NCBI GenBank assembly: GCA_000708835.1
Contig: DF237322.1
Coordinates: 1-64,000 of the forward strand
Length of the DNA stretch: 64,000 nucleotides
Source of the DNA: Klebsormidium nitens
Taxonomy: Eukaryota > Plantae > Klebsormidiophyceae
Direction: 5' to 3'
Part shown: in pieces, positions 25,078-37,046 of the stretch
Numbering within the stretch: the first letter of the stretch is position 1
How the letters are laid out: every line of letters begins with the position of its first letter
Made by a program: the position numbers and the translations under genes
Notes under the pieces: generated by a model
What the model was told of the DNA's origin: nothing
Databases searched by the model: none
The model's input: the letters and a program-made list of their open reading frames with translations, nothing else

Positions 25078-28000
25078 ATGGCTGAGTGGCATTCGCAGGT
25101 GTTGCACCTGTTGTACGAATCCTTTGGGTGGATTGCATTTTTGTCATGGTCAGTAAGTTTCTGGCCACAGGTGTTGTTGAATTACAAGCGAAAGAGGTGA
25201 GCGCAGAACTCTGTGCATATGCTCCGCCTGATTCCTCAGATTCACCTGGTTTGGAGGATGTGCAATGCTGCGGCGGCATCTCAGATTCCTGCCATGGTCC
25301 GAGGCAGGGGCATCAGCTAAGGACTTGCATCCCGGAAATATTTCTGACATGAGGGCACAAGGGGACTGGGGCAAATTGGTAGTCATGTGGCTCAGTGCTG
25401 TCCTGCTCGACCAATCCCCCCTTCTTCAGTGTCCGGCCAGCTATTGACCTCTTTCTGTAGCAATTCGAAAACCCTTTGATAAGTTTGGTGGGGCGACTAT
25501 GCTGGCGGCTGAGCCCAATGTTCTAGGCCCCCATGGGGCACTCTTCCTGGGGGCATTTGTTTCTCAGACGATGTGCTTTATCTTTGATTGACGATGATAC
25601 TTCCGATGCGGTCGTGAGTCCCGCTCGCTGGACCCGCCCTGACACCTCGCCTGCTTGTTGCCCTCAGTGTGGTTGGCCTCAACTTCGATTTCGTTGTCCT
25701 CAACTTCACCAAGCACTCGTCGTACCTCGTCTTCAATGCCGCCATGTTCTTCAGCCCCACAGTGCAAGCGCAGTACCACCGCAAGTACGGCCCCGACGAG
25801 GTGAAGCCCCGCGGCATACACAGTGTCCGGCAGGCTCTTTGTGATGCCTCTATTCCAGAATATTCTCAACTCTTGATTCTTAATTTTCATCTGTGGTTAC
25901 AAGGCCTGTCGATTCACTGCTCAGGCCTTAGCTTCTGTGATGGGACTGACAAGGAGCCCGCCTGTCAGCTGCTGTTGGTGGTACAAGACGGTGATGTGTG
26001 GCCTGCTGTGCCTGCAGCTCATCCCGGTGGCGCCCAGTGACGTTGCCTTCTCAGTGCATGCAGTGGCCCTCACGGCAGTCACACTTGTCCAGCTCTGCAT
26101 CTACCAGGTCAGAATTTCTGCTGATAGCTCCTGCCTGCAGAGGCTCCAGTTCTTTACTTTCTGCTTGCCATGTATTCCCTTTTTTGGGCTGGATACATAG
26201 TGTTTGGGTCTTGGAAAACGGGTAGCTGATCTGGCCCCGCTGATCCGCCGTTTCCCAAAGCCTTATCTCGCAAGGGATAAACGCCTCAATCTGCTCACGA
26301 ACGACTTTAAATCTCTTGTGCTTATGAGACAAAAGGAGCCCCGTTTCACATAAAACGGGGCCTGCTTTGCAAAGCGCCGCTCAAGTTGTTCATGCTGCTA
26401 ATCAGTGTCTGTGTTTCTCCTCTCCAGCGTGGGGCCCAGAAAGTTTCTTTCTCCGCACGCGTTATCACAGCGCTCGCCTGGACGGCTGCGGCAGTGTTCC
26501 TGGTATGGCAGGGTGCCGCACACCACCGTTGGCTTGAGGTCGTCACCTTCTTCAAGTGAGGGCCGCCGCGCTTCAGAAGAGTCGCATCCAGACCCGTCGT
26601 AGAGACTCTGATCGATTGGCCCGGCTTTGACAGTCCAGGTACTTCGGAGCTTCGAAACTGCTTGAAACCACAACATCCGCTTGAGCGTCCCTACCATCAA
26701 ATGCCTGATCGGAAGCCGACTTCTCCCGCTACTTTGATGGGTGCTGGCTCGAACTTCTAACCACGTTTTTGGCTTCCCTCAGCGATGTTTGTGCTTACAA
26801 ATCTTCTCATTCGGAGTTGCCTGCCGAGCTGCTGGTTACTGTCAAACCCATCGTTAAGACCCTGTCCGGTGCGTGCCTTTGCAGCTACATCCAGTTGGTG
26901 ATGACCAGCATCAAGTACATTCCGCAGGCCTGGATGAACTACCGCCGCAAGAGTACCGACGGCTGGAGCATTGAGAGTGAGCGAGCCACGCCAGCCCCCT
27001 TGTCATTTTGATTGAATTCATGAAGGGTTAGCGCCGTGACGGGTAACTGGGGCGGGTGGGGTTGGCTAGGGGGTTAGGGTGGGCACGGATGTGGAGCATG
27101 TTAACCATTGGTTTAGGTTTTAAGTCCAAGTGTTTCTGTTACCCTCCATGGAGCTTGCCCTTCATGAATTGAGACTTATCCCCTTGTCCCGTGTCTTTTC
27201 CAACTGCTCTTACGAAGCAACTAAGTAGCTGCAGGTCTGCCTCTCGCTGCTGCTCCTGCTGACGCGGCAGCTGCGCACTGTGTGCAGACATCCTGCTCGA
27301 CTTCACGGGGGGGGCATTGTCGCTGGCCATGATGATCCTGCAGTCAGCGGACCAAGGTGCGGTGCACGCACCGCGCACACCCGTCTCGACTGGAGAGTGC
27401 CAGGGAGACGCTCTGCTTGCTGTTGTCTTTCATACGCCACAGTCCGATCCCCTCGTTTTTGCTCCTGGGGGTCCGCTTTGTGGCTACCCATCCCGTCCAT
27501 CTGATTCGTGTTTCGCCGTATTGGGAGGCGTGCATAAGCAAGCGACCCAGTACGTTGTTCCTTTGAACAAGCTCGCGTGTCCAATCTACGACATACCTCC
27601 CGACGAGTCGAACAATTTGTCTCTCTAGCCGCGAGGCTTTATCCCTTCCCATTCGTTTAGGTCTCCATCTTTCCCTCTGTCCATCTCTCCAGGATCACTG
27701 CAAAACCTCGTGGGCAACGTTGGGAAATTAGGACTTTCTCTGGTGAGTACTTTTCTTGGAGGCGCAGCTGCTTTCAAACTTTTGGCTAGGCCCGGCTGGT
27801 TTCTAAATCACCGCAATACAGAAAGCCTTTCAGTCATTGGCCTCTGGTCGGCAAGTTCCTCCCTGGAATGTTAAGCTAGCATCCAGCCGAGGTTAAATGT
27901 CCAGATCGCCTCTGTCGATTGTCACTTCAGTTTTCCTCTATGTCACCCTCATGTAAAGCAAGGAATCTTGGAGTGTACCGAATCAGACCACGGGCGCCAT

Positions 28001-28231
28001 CCTTTGCGATTTTAGGCAAGCTTTCGTGCGACACCCGCTTTCGCATGTTTTCTTCAACCTTACAGACTACCATTGCTTATCATTTTGCAGGAGGTGATGT
28101 TATTCGATGCGTTTTTTATTCTCCAGCACTACGTACTGTATACGGATAGAAGCAGCCGCACTGTAGAATCGGCAGCGCCTAAGGTTGTAGAGAAGAGCGA
28201 ATACCGAGCCGTGGATGTGTCAGAACATTGA
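25078..28231 (+). CDS. CTNS: Cystinosin-like PQ-loop vacuolar/lysosomal cystine transporter
   Basis: Eight exons giving [82 protein letters not shown] and FDAFFILQHYVLY. Stop at 28229-28231. Confidence 0.94.
27025..27083 (+). repeat. G-tract cluster (potential G-quadruplex) in a cystinosin intron
   Basis: Eight runs of at least 3 G in 59 bp, including GGGTTA and TTAGGG telomere-like words. Confidence 0.55.
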
Positions 28232-29497
28232 CTAGGAACGAGTCGGGACACAATTGGGACGATTTTCAGTACGTTCGCTGGAAGCCCCTGCGTCGCTAAA
28301 GTGCTCGGCCAACAACCTACTCGTCATCATAAGCGGCATGCATACTCAAATTCATATCAAGCTTGCCCAGCTGGGTGACAACCAAGTGTGGATCAGCCGA
28401 TCTGTATACCGTGATGATTAATGCTTCTGCATGCTTAATGCTTACAACCGGCTACAAAAGGGTGTCATGCATGAATGTCAAATGTCAATTTCTTATATGA
28501 CTTGTATCTTGCATCGGACATCCATATATGGGGTGTGATACCTTATATGATCGACGTACGGTTGGCAAAAACATGGTGCCAATATGCATATGATCGCAAT
28601 CAGGACAGTATGTAGGAGCTAGAGATCCCTCAATAGCCTCGGTGGCCCACGTATTGCAACAAGATTGCAGTGGACTCCAATGCATGATGCATTAGAATTA
28701 AATCCCACAGCATATGGTCACGTACTGCATGTTGGAGGCCACGCGCATCTGAAAGAAATTATACGGACAATTGCACAAATACAGTTTGTTATACAGTCAT
28801 TGATGATACGTTTCTGCAATTGCATGTTCAACTGGATGCAATTTGAATTTAGATTGAGTCGCATCGAGATATACATGTGTAAAGCTGGGTGTAGTTATAT
28901 GGTGAACGAGTATACTTCTATGGAATTCATCATTCATGAATTTATGCACTGAATATCGGAACAACGATTTCTTTGCAACGAAATACTGCATTAAAACACC
29001 TCGGTTTTGGTCACTAGATTATCAAAGTTGCACAACTTCCTCCGCATGTCAGAAAAGTAGCGAGCTTTGCTGTCGAGCAGCTGCATTTTTTTCGAACGAA
29101 AAAAAAGGTTTCAAACACCAATAGCGAGATCACCTCCATGTCAACAGCCCAAGAAAAACCCATGGGCCACAATGGAACACAAGACATACCAATGTGTAAT
29201 ACGAAGTTCAATTACTTGTGATGAAGAGCGGAAAGTGTCAGCACAAATGTAGCAAGTTCGACAATGTCATATCCTCATATGTGAATATGTCAGATCAGTG
29301 CCTCAAAATTTTTTGATCGCCCTCTGACCTGTCCTATCCTATCCTCGTAACATGACATGAGCAGCACCTGAGGCTGGCCGGATGTTCCCGAACCCTGAAG
29401 TTGCTCATTTTAGTCTAGCCTCTGGATTGATTACATAAGTAGAAAGAATGTACAATGCTCCCCATCCTCCTATGGTACTGTTACAGACTAACTCTCA

Positions 29498-30638
29498 TCA
29501 CTTGTCTGAACCCTGGCTCGCACCCTCCCTTGCTCCGCTGACGGTCTCTTTCAATCTGCTGCCAGTCTCCTTTGCAACCTTGCTCACCTGCAAGCACAAG
29601 TTAATCAAGAGTTGGGCATTCAAGCAAAACATCTGCGGTCTTTCATAGAGTACCGCGTGTGGCCGCATTCACTAAGCCCTCAGTTTTGCTACCAACTGTA
29701 GCCAAGAAGGTGAGCCGTCAATATGCTCGGGACACGACACTGGCTTGCTTCTAGAAACTCATGATACCTATCCAGTTGGAAGTTGACAGGCAGAAACCTT
29801 TGCCCAACTGGTTAGTCTCCAAAGGTTGCTACACATAGCAAACGATGTTACCCACCTTCCTCCCTGCCTCCGACAGACCCTTTGCCATGTCACTGAAAGC
29901 GTTGCCAGCCTCATCCTTGGCCTCCCTGCATAACCGTCATGCGCCATCAGTGCCTTATCAAATTGAACAACAAATGTTGATTGGTCCCATGAGGATTGCA
30001 TGCACTTGCTGGTCACCTCTGGTCACCCTCTGACCTGATTTCAATCAAACTCTTTTGCACCAATCCGGTAGATCCTTAAACAGAAGTGTGCATCCGACTT
30101 GGTGCATGCAAACTCTATTTCAAGGACTTACCCTGGCTTGCCTTCTGCCGCTTTCTCTGCTACTCGTCTTCCATCTTCCCGGGCCCTCCCCTTGTTGGCT
30201 GCCTCACTAGATTCTGGGCTAGGTACTTCAGACTGTAAAAGGAGCATGCATGCACGCGATTCATTTGAGGAAGGTAAGCTCTGGGGTCAATCCAATCCTT
30301 GAAAGCCTTGTAAAACATCACGATTACGAGCTTGGATGCACAACAAACCTCGGATGCACTGCAGGAACATGCCCTCGCAATTGCAGAAGAAGGTTGAAAT
30401 GAAGACTACTCATTATGCAAATGCTGCTTTGAAAACGAAATCATGCACTTTGCTTCCAAAGGCATTGGATAGTGTCTGGAGGCGCCTATGTGCAGCAGCA
30501 AACTTGACCCAATGCATGCAGGATGATGAAGAGAAAGGGCATAGCAGAGAAACCTTGGTGTCTTACCGAGGCAAAGCTTCTGCTGCTGGTTCCCCAGGTT
30601 GCCGCCGCTGCCCTCCGAGCCACTCTTCCTGCAAGCAT
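29498..30638 (-). CDS. Small (110 aa) hydrophilic LEA-like protein with a mitochondrial-type presequence
   Basis: Four phase-compatible exons: 30638-30567, 30232-30132, 29925-29856 and 29587-29498. Product: MLAGRVARRAAAATWGTSSRSFAS SEVPSPESSEAANKGRAREDGRRVAEKAAEGKPG EAKDEAGNAFSDMAKGLSEAGRK VSKVAKETGSRLKETVSGAREGASQGSDK*. Confidence 0.75.
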
Positions 30639-31857
30639 GGTAGCGTCTGTGCGAAGGAGCAGGGTCACACCCTCCATGAGTGCCATATTTTCGAGATGCG
30701 AACAATCTCAGATGCGAGGTCAACAAGGGCTGATAGCTTGCAAGGCGTCTAGAACGGATCGAATAGCTAGCAATGTGGTCTGCGGAAAAGTTGAGAATAT
30801 CGCAACCTGCTCCTCGACTTTTAAGCTAGCGACGCGTTGCGCAGCTCTGCCAGTACCTACTGCTAGCACTAGCTGATGGTTTGCGTTTGATGCAGAGTCA
30901 ATCGCAGCGCTAGACACGACAGATCACGAGTGCCACGTCAGGTGCTCGCTTTTGGTCCTTTTGACAAGTGTCCCCTTGTCCACGCAGCAAAAGCTAAGGG
31001 GCTCCCTCGCGGTACAGACCGCTGACTAGTTGAGCATACCGGGTATCGGGCATCAGCCTCTCTGTGCCGCTGACCCGTGTTTTCAGGGAGTCGGGATGGG
31101 ACTTGGTGGTCAAAAGCCCGCAAGGCAGAGTCGGCTGCTCCGGCCCCGGGCACTCAACACACAAGTTACAAGTTACAACGGTGGACCGTGGGACCGATTG
31201 CTAGATAGTTTCCCGTAGTTTACCGTACCGCACAGGTTGGCAGTTGCCCCTGGCCAATGCGGCACAAATCAAATTTACATGCTTCAGTCTGACCGGTGCC
31301 CGGGCCGGGTCCACAGGGGTGCCAGATGGAGGGTTTGAATGACTGCCTAATTCGGGTTGTGAGCATTCACACTACAGGCCAGGTGCGATGTACCGACTGC
31401 ATGTGGCACGCCGCTGACCATCATTGAAAGAGAAAGGCATTTTAAAACGTTTTTAAATTTGCAGGCTTCCTCATGTCACAAATTACGTATATATGCAGGA
31501 TTTTGCAGGGCGGGTGGCTGCTCCGGACGCTGCTCCTCAGTTCGCCACAGGTTGTTGTTGAAAGGCGCTCCCGCGAGAGGCAGGTCCTAAGGATGACTTT
31601 ACTAGACAGCAGAGTGTTGCGGCCTTTCGTATTGGACTCCAACAAGTGTGTCGCCTTACATCAGTAAAGAGTGGAGCTCAGGGAAGAAAGAAGAATTTGC
31701 GAAGTTGTCAAGCTCCGGAACAGGGGTTTAGGGCAATTTTGCAAGAGTATCAAGCTCCTAGCGCTTCAGTCCCCGGCACAGCAATAAGATCAGAAATACG
31801 GTACCGTGTCGTGTCATCTGCATCAACAACTTCTGGGGTAGATCGCACTTATACAAC

Positions 31858-34800
31858 ATGTCGTCTGACGTCAGACGGCCGCTGCTTTCAAGAAGCGAAA
31901 GTTGTCATCACTTGGGCGCACATCTAGATCATCCGTCGGACCATCACCATGGTAAGATACTCCAAACAAAGTCCTCCTCTGTCTATTGTGCTTGTTTTTG
32001 TTGAAGAAGTGAAGTGCTTGTATGGCAGTCCCATGCCGGAAGGCAGCTTCTCAGACCTTGTGTGTTACATGCAGGGTTTGGTGCCAAGAGCATCTCGTCC
32101 TGGGGGTGAGCTCTTTTAACCGCTCTTCCTTTTGACCAGTTCCATCTGTTGAGGCCTCTGATACATGCCTGGTCTGGATTGCTTCATCAGCTTCTGGTAA
32201 TTTTGTTGATTCTGTCACCAGAGTGCATCTCAGTCACGCTAGCTCAGGTGTCCTTGTACTCACGGCAATTATACATTTCAGGTCAGCTGCTCTTATCTAC
32301 AATGGCGCCACTGGCACGGCGATGGTGGTGTTGCCCCTGTTGTACCAGCAAGCAGGCTGGGTGACCCCCACCATGGGCTTACTAACCATGTACATTCTCA
32401 GTAGCTTTGCGGCTGTAAGTACTCATGAAACCTTTGTTTTATGTCTTCCTGTTCCCTTTGACTGGTGCAATTTACAGCTTCTGAGGCAGAGATCAGGGCA
32501 CTGGACGCAGCCTGGTGCAATGGTACAGCAACGATTGTGGTAGACATGCTGATGCCTGAAATTGCATTGGGCAGGGACCTGCATTGCATCATCTGGAAGC
32601 TGATTTTTTCTTGTCTTGTGTGCAGTCCATGCTTTGCGAAGCCATTCAGCGCATTCCTGGAAACAAGGGGTTCAGCCGCCGCTGGGAGTACTGCAATGTG
32701 GTCAACCATTATTTTGGGTCTGCCGCGTACATGGCCGCCCAAGTTGGATTCAACCTCACCCTCCAGGCTGCAAACATTTCGGCGATGATTGTCACCGCCC
32801 AGGTACAAGATCAACTAACAGTTCGCTATATCATTTTTGGCGCTGACAAGAGCATTAGCAGTCAGAAGAGATCATTCAATCATATTATGCTCGTCCCTCT
32901 GGCGCCAGTCAAGAGCTCTAGTGGTCAAACCCTGGACCCCAGTCGTCGTAGTCGTCCTGGAGATTTTCAGGGCAATGTAGAAGTAGAATCTCCAACGTTT
33001 GTTAGAATTCATTCTCAATCGTTGAGTATTTGACAGGCGCAAAGGGCACGATATCTGCAGCATTGTGTTGCTGGAGCAGTGGTGGAAGCGCGGAAAGTCT
33101 TTGTGAAGCGAACCCCCTGAGATTTCTCTTCCACAGAGATGCATAGCGCATTATGCCTGCAGAATTGTGCTTTTAATTGCCTCTAGGCCACACCAAGCTA
33201 ACACGTTTCGGCATACGTCGGTGGTAGGAAGTACAGAAGACCCCCCTCCTCAAGAACTCCCACTTTACAAGAAGGTGTTTCTGAACTTTGTGAGTGCCAA
33301 AAGATTCCGTCCTCTTAGCCTTGTGACACAAGACTTTGTGCTTGTTTTGGCACCACCGTCATCTGCGCAAATGCTTCCTCCAGGTAATGGACGGCTTTGT
33401 GAGGGACCAGGTGGGGGCCAGCTATGCCATCCATTATGGAGCCTGGCCACTCAGCTTTGTGCGCTCTGCCTCGCTGGACTCAGGCTCCGCCTGCGCATGG
33501 GGCGAGCTGCCGGGCGGCGGCTGCGACGCCAATGTTATCTCGCTTGGGTGAGTGCCTGCCACAACTCCACTCGAAGCCATGCTTGGCTGCACGGCAAGCC
33601 GATGTTGACTCCGTGCCTGATGCATACAGATGATTGTATTCTCGTACTTCGGGTTTTGTGAGCTGTGGCCCAGCTTTCTCCTGTTTCATTGAATGATTTC
33701 GCATGCCTGTTTGCCACTGCTCAACCTGCTAGAGCTGTCCCCCTAGAGCTGTCCCCGTCTCGGGCGCTGACTGGCCTCCGTTTGTGCGGTGGGGCAGGTT
33801 CGTGCTGTGCATGGCCATCTGCATCCCCTTCGGCTGGCTCAACCTGGAGGACAACATGGGCTTCCAGTGGCTGTCGTGCATCGGCACCATTGTGTTCACC
33901 TTCGAGTTCATGTACGAGTTTGCAAAGCGCCTCATCCCTGGGGCGCCCCTCTACTGCCCGGGGAACGGCCCCTCCCGCACCCCGCCCTTTTTACTCCAGC
34001 AGCACCAGGTGAGGGACAGCACGTGGAAGTGACTGAGCGCGAGGACCAGAGCGTGTGTTTTCAACTGTTTGCCCGAATGAGAATCGTTGTGAAAAGTTGC
34101 CGTTGGTCGGTGCAACGTAGGTGCTGGCTGACCCGGTTGTGGTGCCGTTGCAGGTGTTGGGCATCTGTGTGTTTGCGTACAGCTACGTCTGCACCGTTCC
34201 ATCCTGGCTCAACGAGAAGCGCCCAGGCGTCAACGTGAACCGCTCGCTCTGGCTTCCAGTTGCGGGCGCGCTTGTAACATCCCTGGTGAGTTTACAAGCC
34301 TCTTGCCAGCGCTGGATTGCGAGCCTTCGCAGGCAGGCCCTGGCCCCTCAATTTGTCTGGCTTCGGGCCAAACCCGTCGACCAGGGCAGTCATCTTCGAC
34401 ACGCTTCTTCAACGTCATTCCACCTCCAGCTCAGTCGACGTTCACCACTTCGCTCTTGTGATGCCTCCACTTCAAGGCTGACTCGTCCGGCACCACTTCG
34501 AAGGCGGCTACCCGCATGTCCGGTCGTTTCTACTTGCTTGTATCTGGAAAGTCTTCTGTTTGTGCCAGGAGTTTCAATGCGACCGGTTTCCACGACGACC
34601 GGTAATTGCATGGGCACCCGAAACGTGTGCTGCTCAGCTCGGGCCCCTTTCTGCGCACTTTGTCGCTGATGCGCTCCCGTGGTCGCAGGTGGTGGGTTTT
34701 CTAGGCGCCTGGTCGTATCAACTAGTGGACGTGGGGGGACACGCGCTGAGCGGCGCGGAAGACATTCTCAAAGTGCTGGATGCCAAGGCGGCCCCCGCCA

Positions 34801-36248
34801 CGAGTTGCCACTGGGTGGCGCCGCAGCCGCTGCTTCAATACAGTATCGTGGGGTGGTCCTTCCTGGGCTTCGTGCCGCAGATCCCGGTGCAGGGCATCAA
34901 CGTGCGGTACAACCTGCAGAGCGGGGGCATCTGCGGGCCCGAGACGGCGTTCTTCTGGGGGGTCGTCGCGCCCTGGATCGGGACCGCGTTCTTGTATCAA
35001 CGAGAGGTGAGGCCGCGACACAGCAGGGGAAGGGAGAGATGACGTCTTGTGGGGCCGTGGTTTACCGGTTTACCAATTCCTGGCGGGCTGCGGCTGCGCT
35101 GCCGAAGCTAGGAAAGATTTTGGTACTAAGGTCGAACAGCACCCTTACGTGTCGGACTCTAGATCCGAGGTTCACCTCACTTGTAGCGCTGCAGCCCTAG
35201 CTGCATCTGGGGACGAAGCCGGCAAAGGATGCCCTGAAGCTTCTTCAAATTGCGATGTTGCAGTAAGTAACGGCAAGTAACACATTGTATGTGAAGGGTC
35301 CGGTTCGACCAGGCACGAGGCACGGTTTGTGAGCCTTCAGACCCGGACTTCAGCTCGTGATCGCCGGCTGGCTGCGACTAAAATTGCCCCAATTTTTCCC
35401 AGAACTGGCTTACTAATATTGCCGACAGCTCACGAACATGGAAAGACATTTACCGACACGCTAGGCGCTGCTGACGGCGCCCCAGTAGTCCGCTCTCGTG
35501 CCGCGTGCCGCCGTCCCCTGACGCGGCTGGCGTGTCCGTCGCAGGTGCTATCGGTGCTGGCCAACTGGACGTCCATTTTGGTGGGCACGTTCATCAACTT
35601 CATCGTGCCGCCGTTGCTGTACCGCGCCGCGTGCCGCCGCTACCCGACCTTGGACGATGAGGACGACGAGGAAGCCCCCGCCGAGGACGCGCCCTGGAAG
35701 CTGCCGTCCGTGCGGACAGGACCACTCGAAACGGTGGTCAGTGGGGTCGTGCTGGGCGAGTCAGCCCCCGAGCTTACGTGAGTGGTCCGTAGTCGTCCAC
35801 AAACACTGCAACGCATTTGTTGGTGCATGCGGTGCGGTTGAGCCTTGCTGGCTTTGGCTGATGCGAGCTGCCGCTTTTGCGTTCATTGGCAGATCTGGAG
35901 GCGGCGTGCGGTAAATATGTTGTACAGCCTTGCGCTTTTGGTCACTCGGTCGTCCGTTCATGCAGCAATGTTGCGGACCCTGAGGAGGTGCCTCCGCGGA
36001 GAGATCAGCGGGCACGGAGGCGCGATGCCAGCTGGGGGGAGGAGTCCATCGAGAAAGTATGCGGGATCTGCAAACGAAGCGTCTCGTTTGTTATACGTGC
36101 CTCGCATTTGGACGAGCCAGCCGTGGATGCAGTGCCGAAATGGCTGCGAGTGAAGCCTCGACACTTGGTGACCGGCATGGTGGTTCTCTTGGCGATCTTG
36201 ACCTCAAGCGGTGCTGTCAGCTCGCTCGTGTACAGAGTGCAGAACTAG
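31858..36248 (+). CDS. Amino-acid transporter, Aa_trans/AAAP family
   Basis: Multi-exon. Motifs: GFGAKSISSWGSAALIYNGATGTAMVVLP, MLCEAIQRIPGNKGFSRRWEY, GWLNLEDNMGFQWLS, FAYSYVCTVPSWLNEKRPGVNVNRSLW, RYNLQSGGICG, ANWTSILVGTFINFIVPPLLY. C-terminal micro-exon boundaries are approximate. Confidence 0.88.
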
Positions 36249-37046
36249 TGTGTAAGGACTCCTCTACCGGGGAGTCCGTTGATGTGTTTGCGAAAGCAGT
36301 TGCTAAACTGCTTCAATAATCTGCTTTGCGGTAGAAAGTGCCGCGCAAGCCAAAAGTTCAGGGCTGCAAAGGGCTGCAAGCGTATACCGTGTCTGATATT
36401 CAGAAACTCGATGAATCGAGGGTTAATGTATATAATCGTCCGCTTATGCTTTGGCGAGACTTTATTTGCGCCTGAGCAATTCAGCTAGCTAGTCAGAGAC
36501 CAGGAGGACTATTCATAGGCAGTTTTCTACAGTTTGCAGTTGAAACTGATTGCTTGAGGTCTCACTGAGATGACCATTAATGATTTTACTCATGTTCGTC
36601 CAGCGACGTTTCTTAGAATCACAACCGATATTTTCAAGATTACAAGGGCGTCAATATACCTTTGAAGACATGCGAACAAGTGCATGCATGGTTATGCATC
36701 TCATTACGACTTTATATGCAGCGAGAATAGTATGAACCCTACTCACAGGTGATACAATTGCGAACAGGATTAATGCATAAAGTAGCAAGCTGCCCTTCCT
36801 AGCAGGAAACGAAGGTGCCGCTATAACCTGCCTGAAGCAGCCTGGCCATGTTATTGTACATGTCTGCATGGGCATCATCGTGCATTCAATCTTGCACTGT
36901 ATTATCTGATTCTTCCAGGTCGGGCCCCGAATAGGGGGCTCGAACATCTCCAAGCTATAACCAGGCCTCTGTGACAACCTGATACCATACTGGTGAATCA
37001 AAGAGTTTTTCTCTTGATCTTGCTCAGTGGATCGTGTCACGCATGT

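Noticed and set aside
26340-26363. Short perfect hairpins (GCCCCGTTT/AAACGGGGC here; also ACCAGGTT/AACCTGGT at about 13205) and a 12-bp tandem duplication at about 5522-5547
   Set aside because: Too short to distinguish from chance in 64 kb; not bacterial terminators in this eukaryotic context.
28300-29300. AT-rich, CATG/TGCA-rich block with short ORFs (possible decayed TE or foreign DNA)
   Set aside because: No termini, TSD or transposase/viral motifs were recognisable in any frame I translated.
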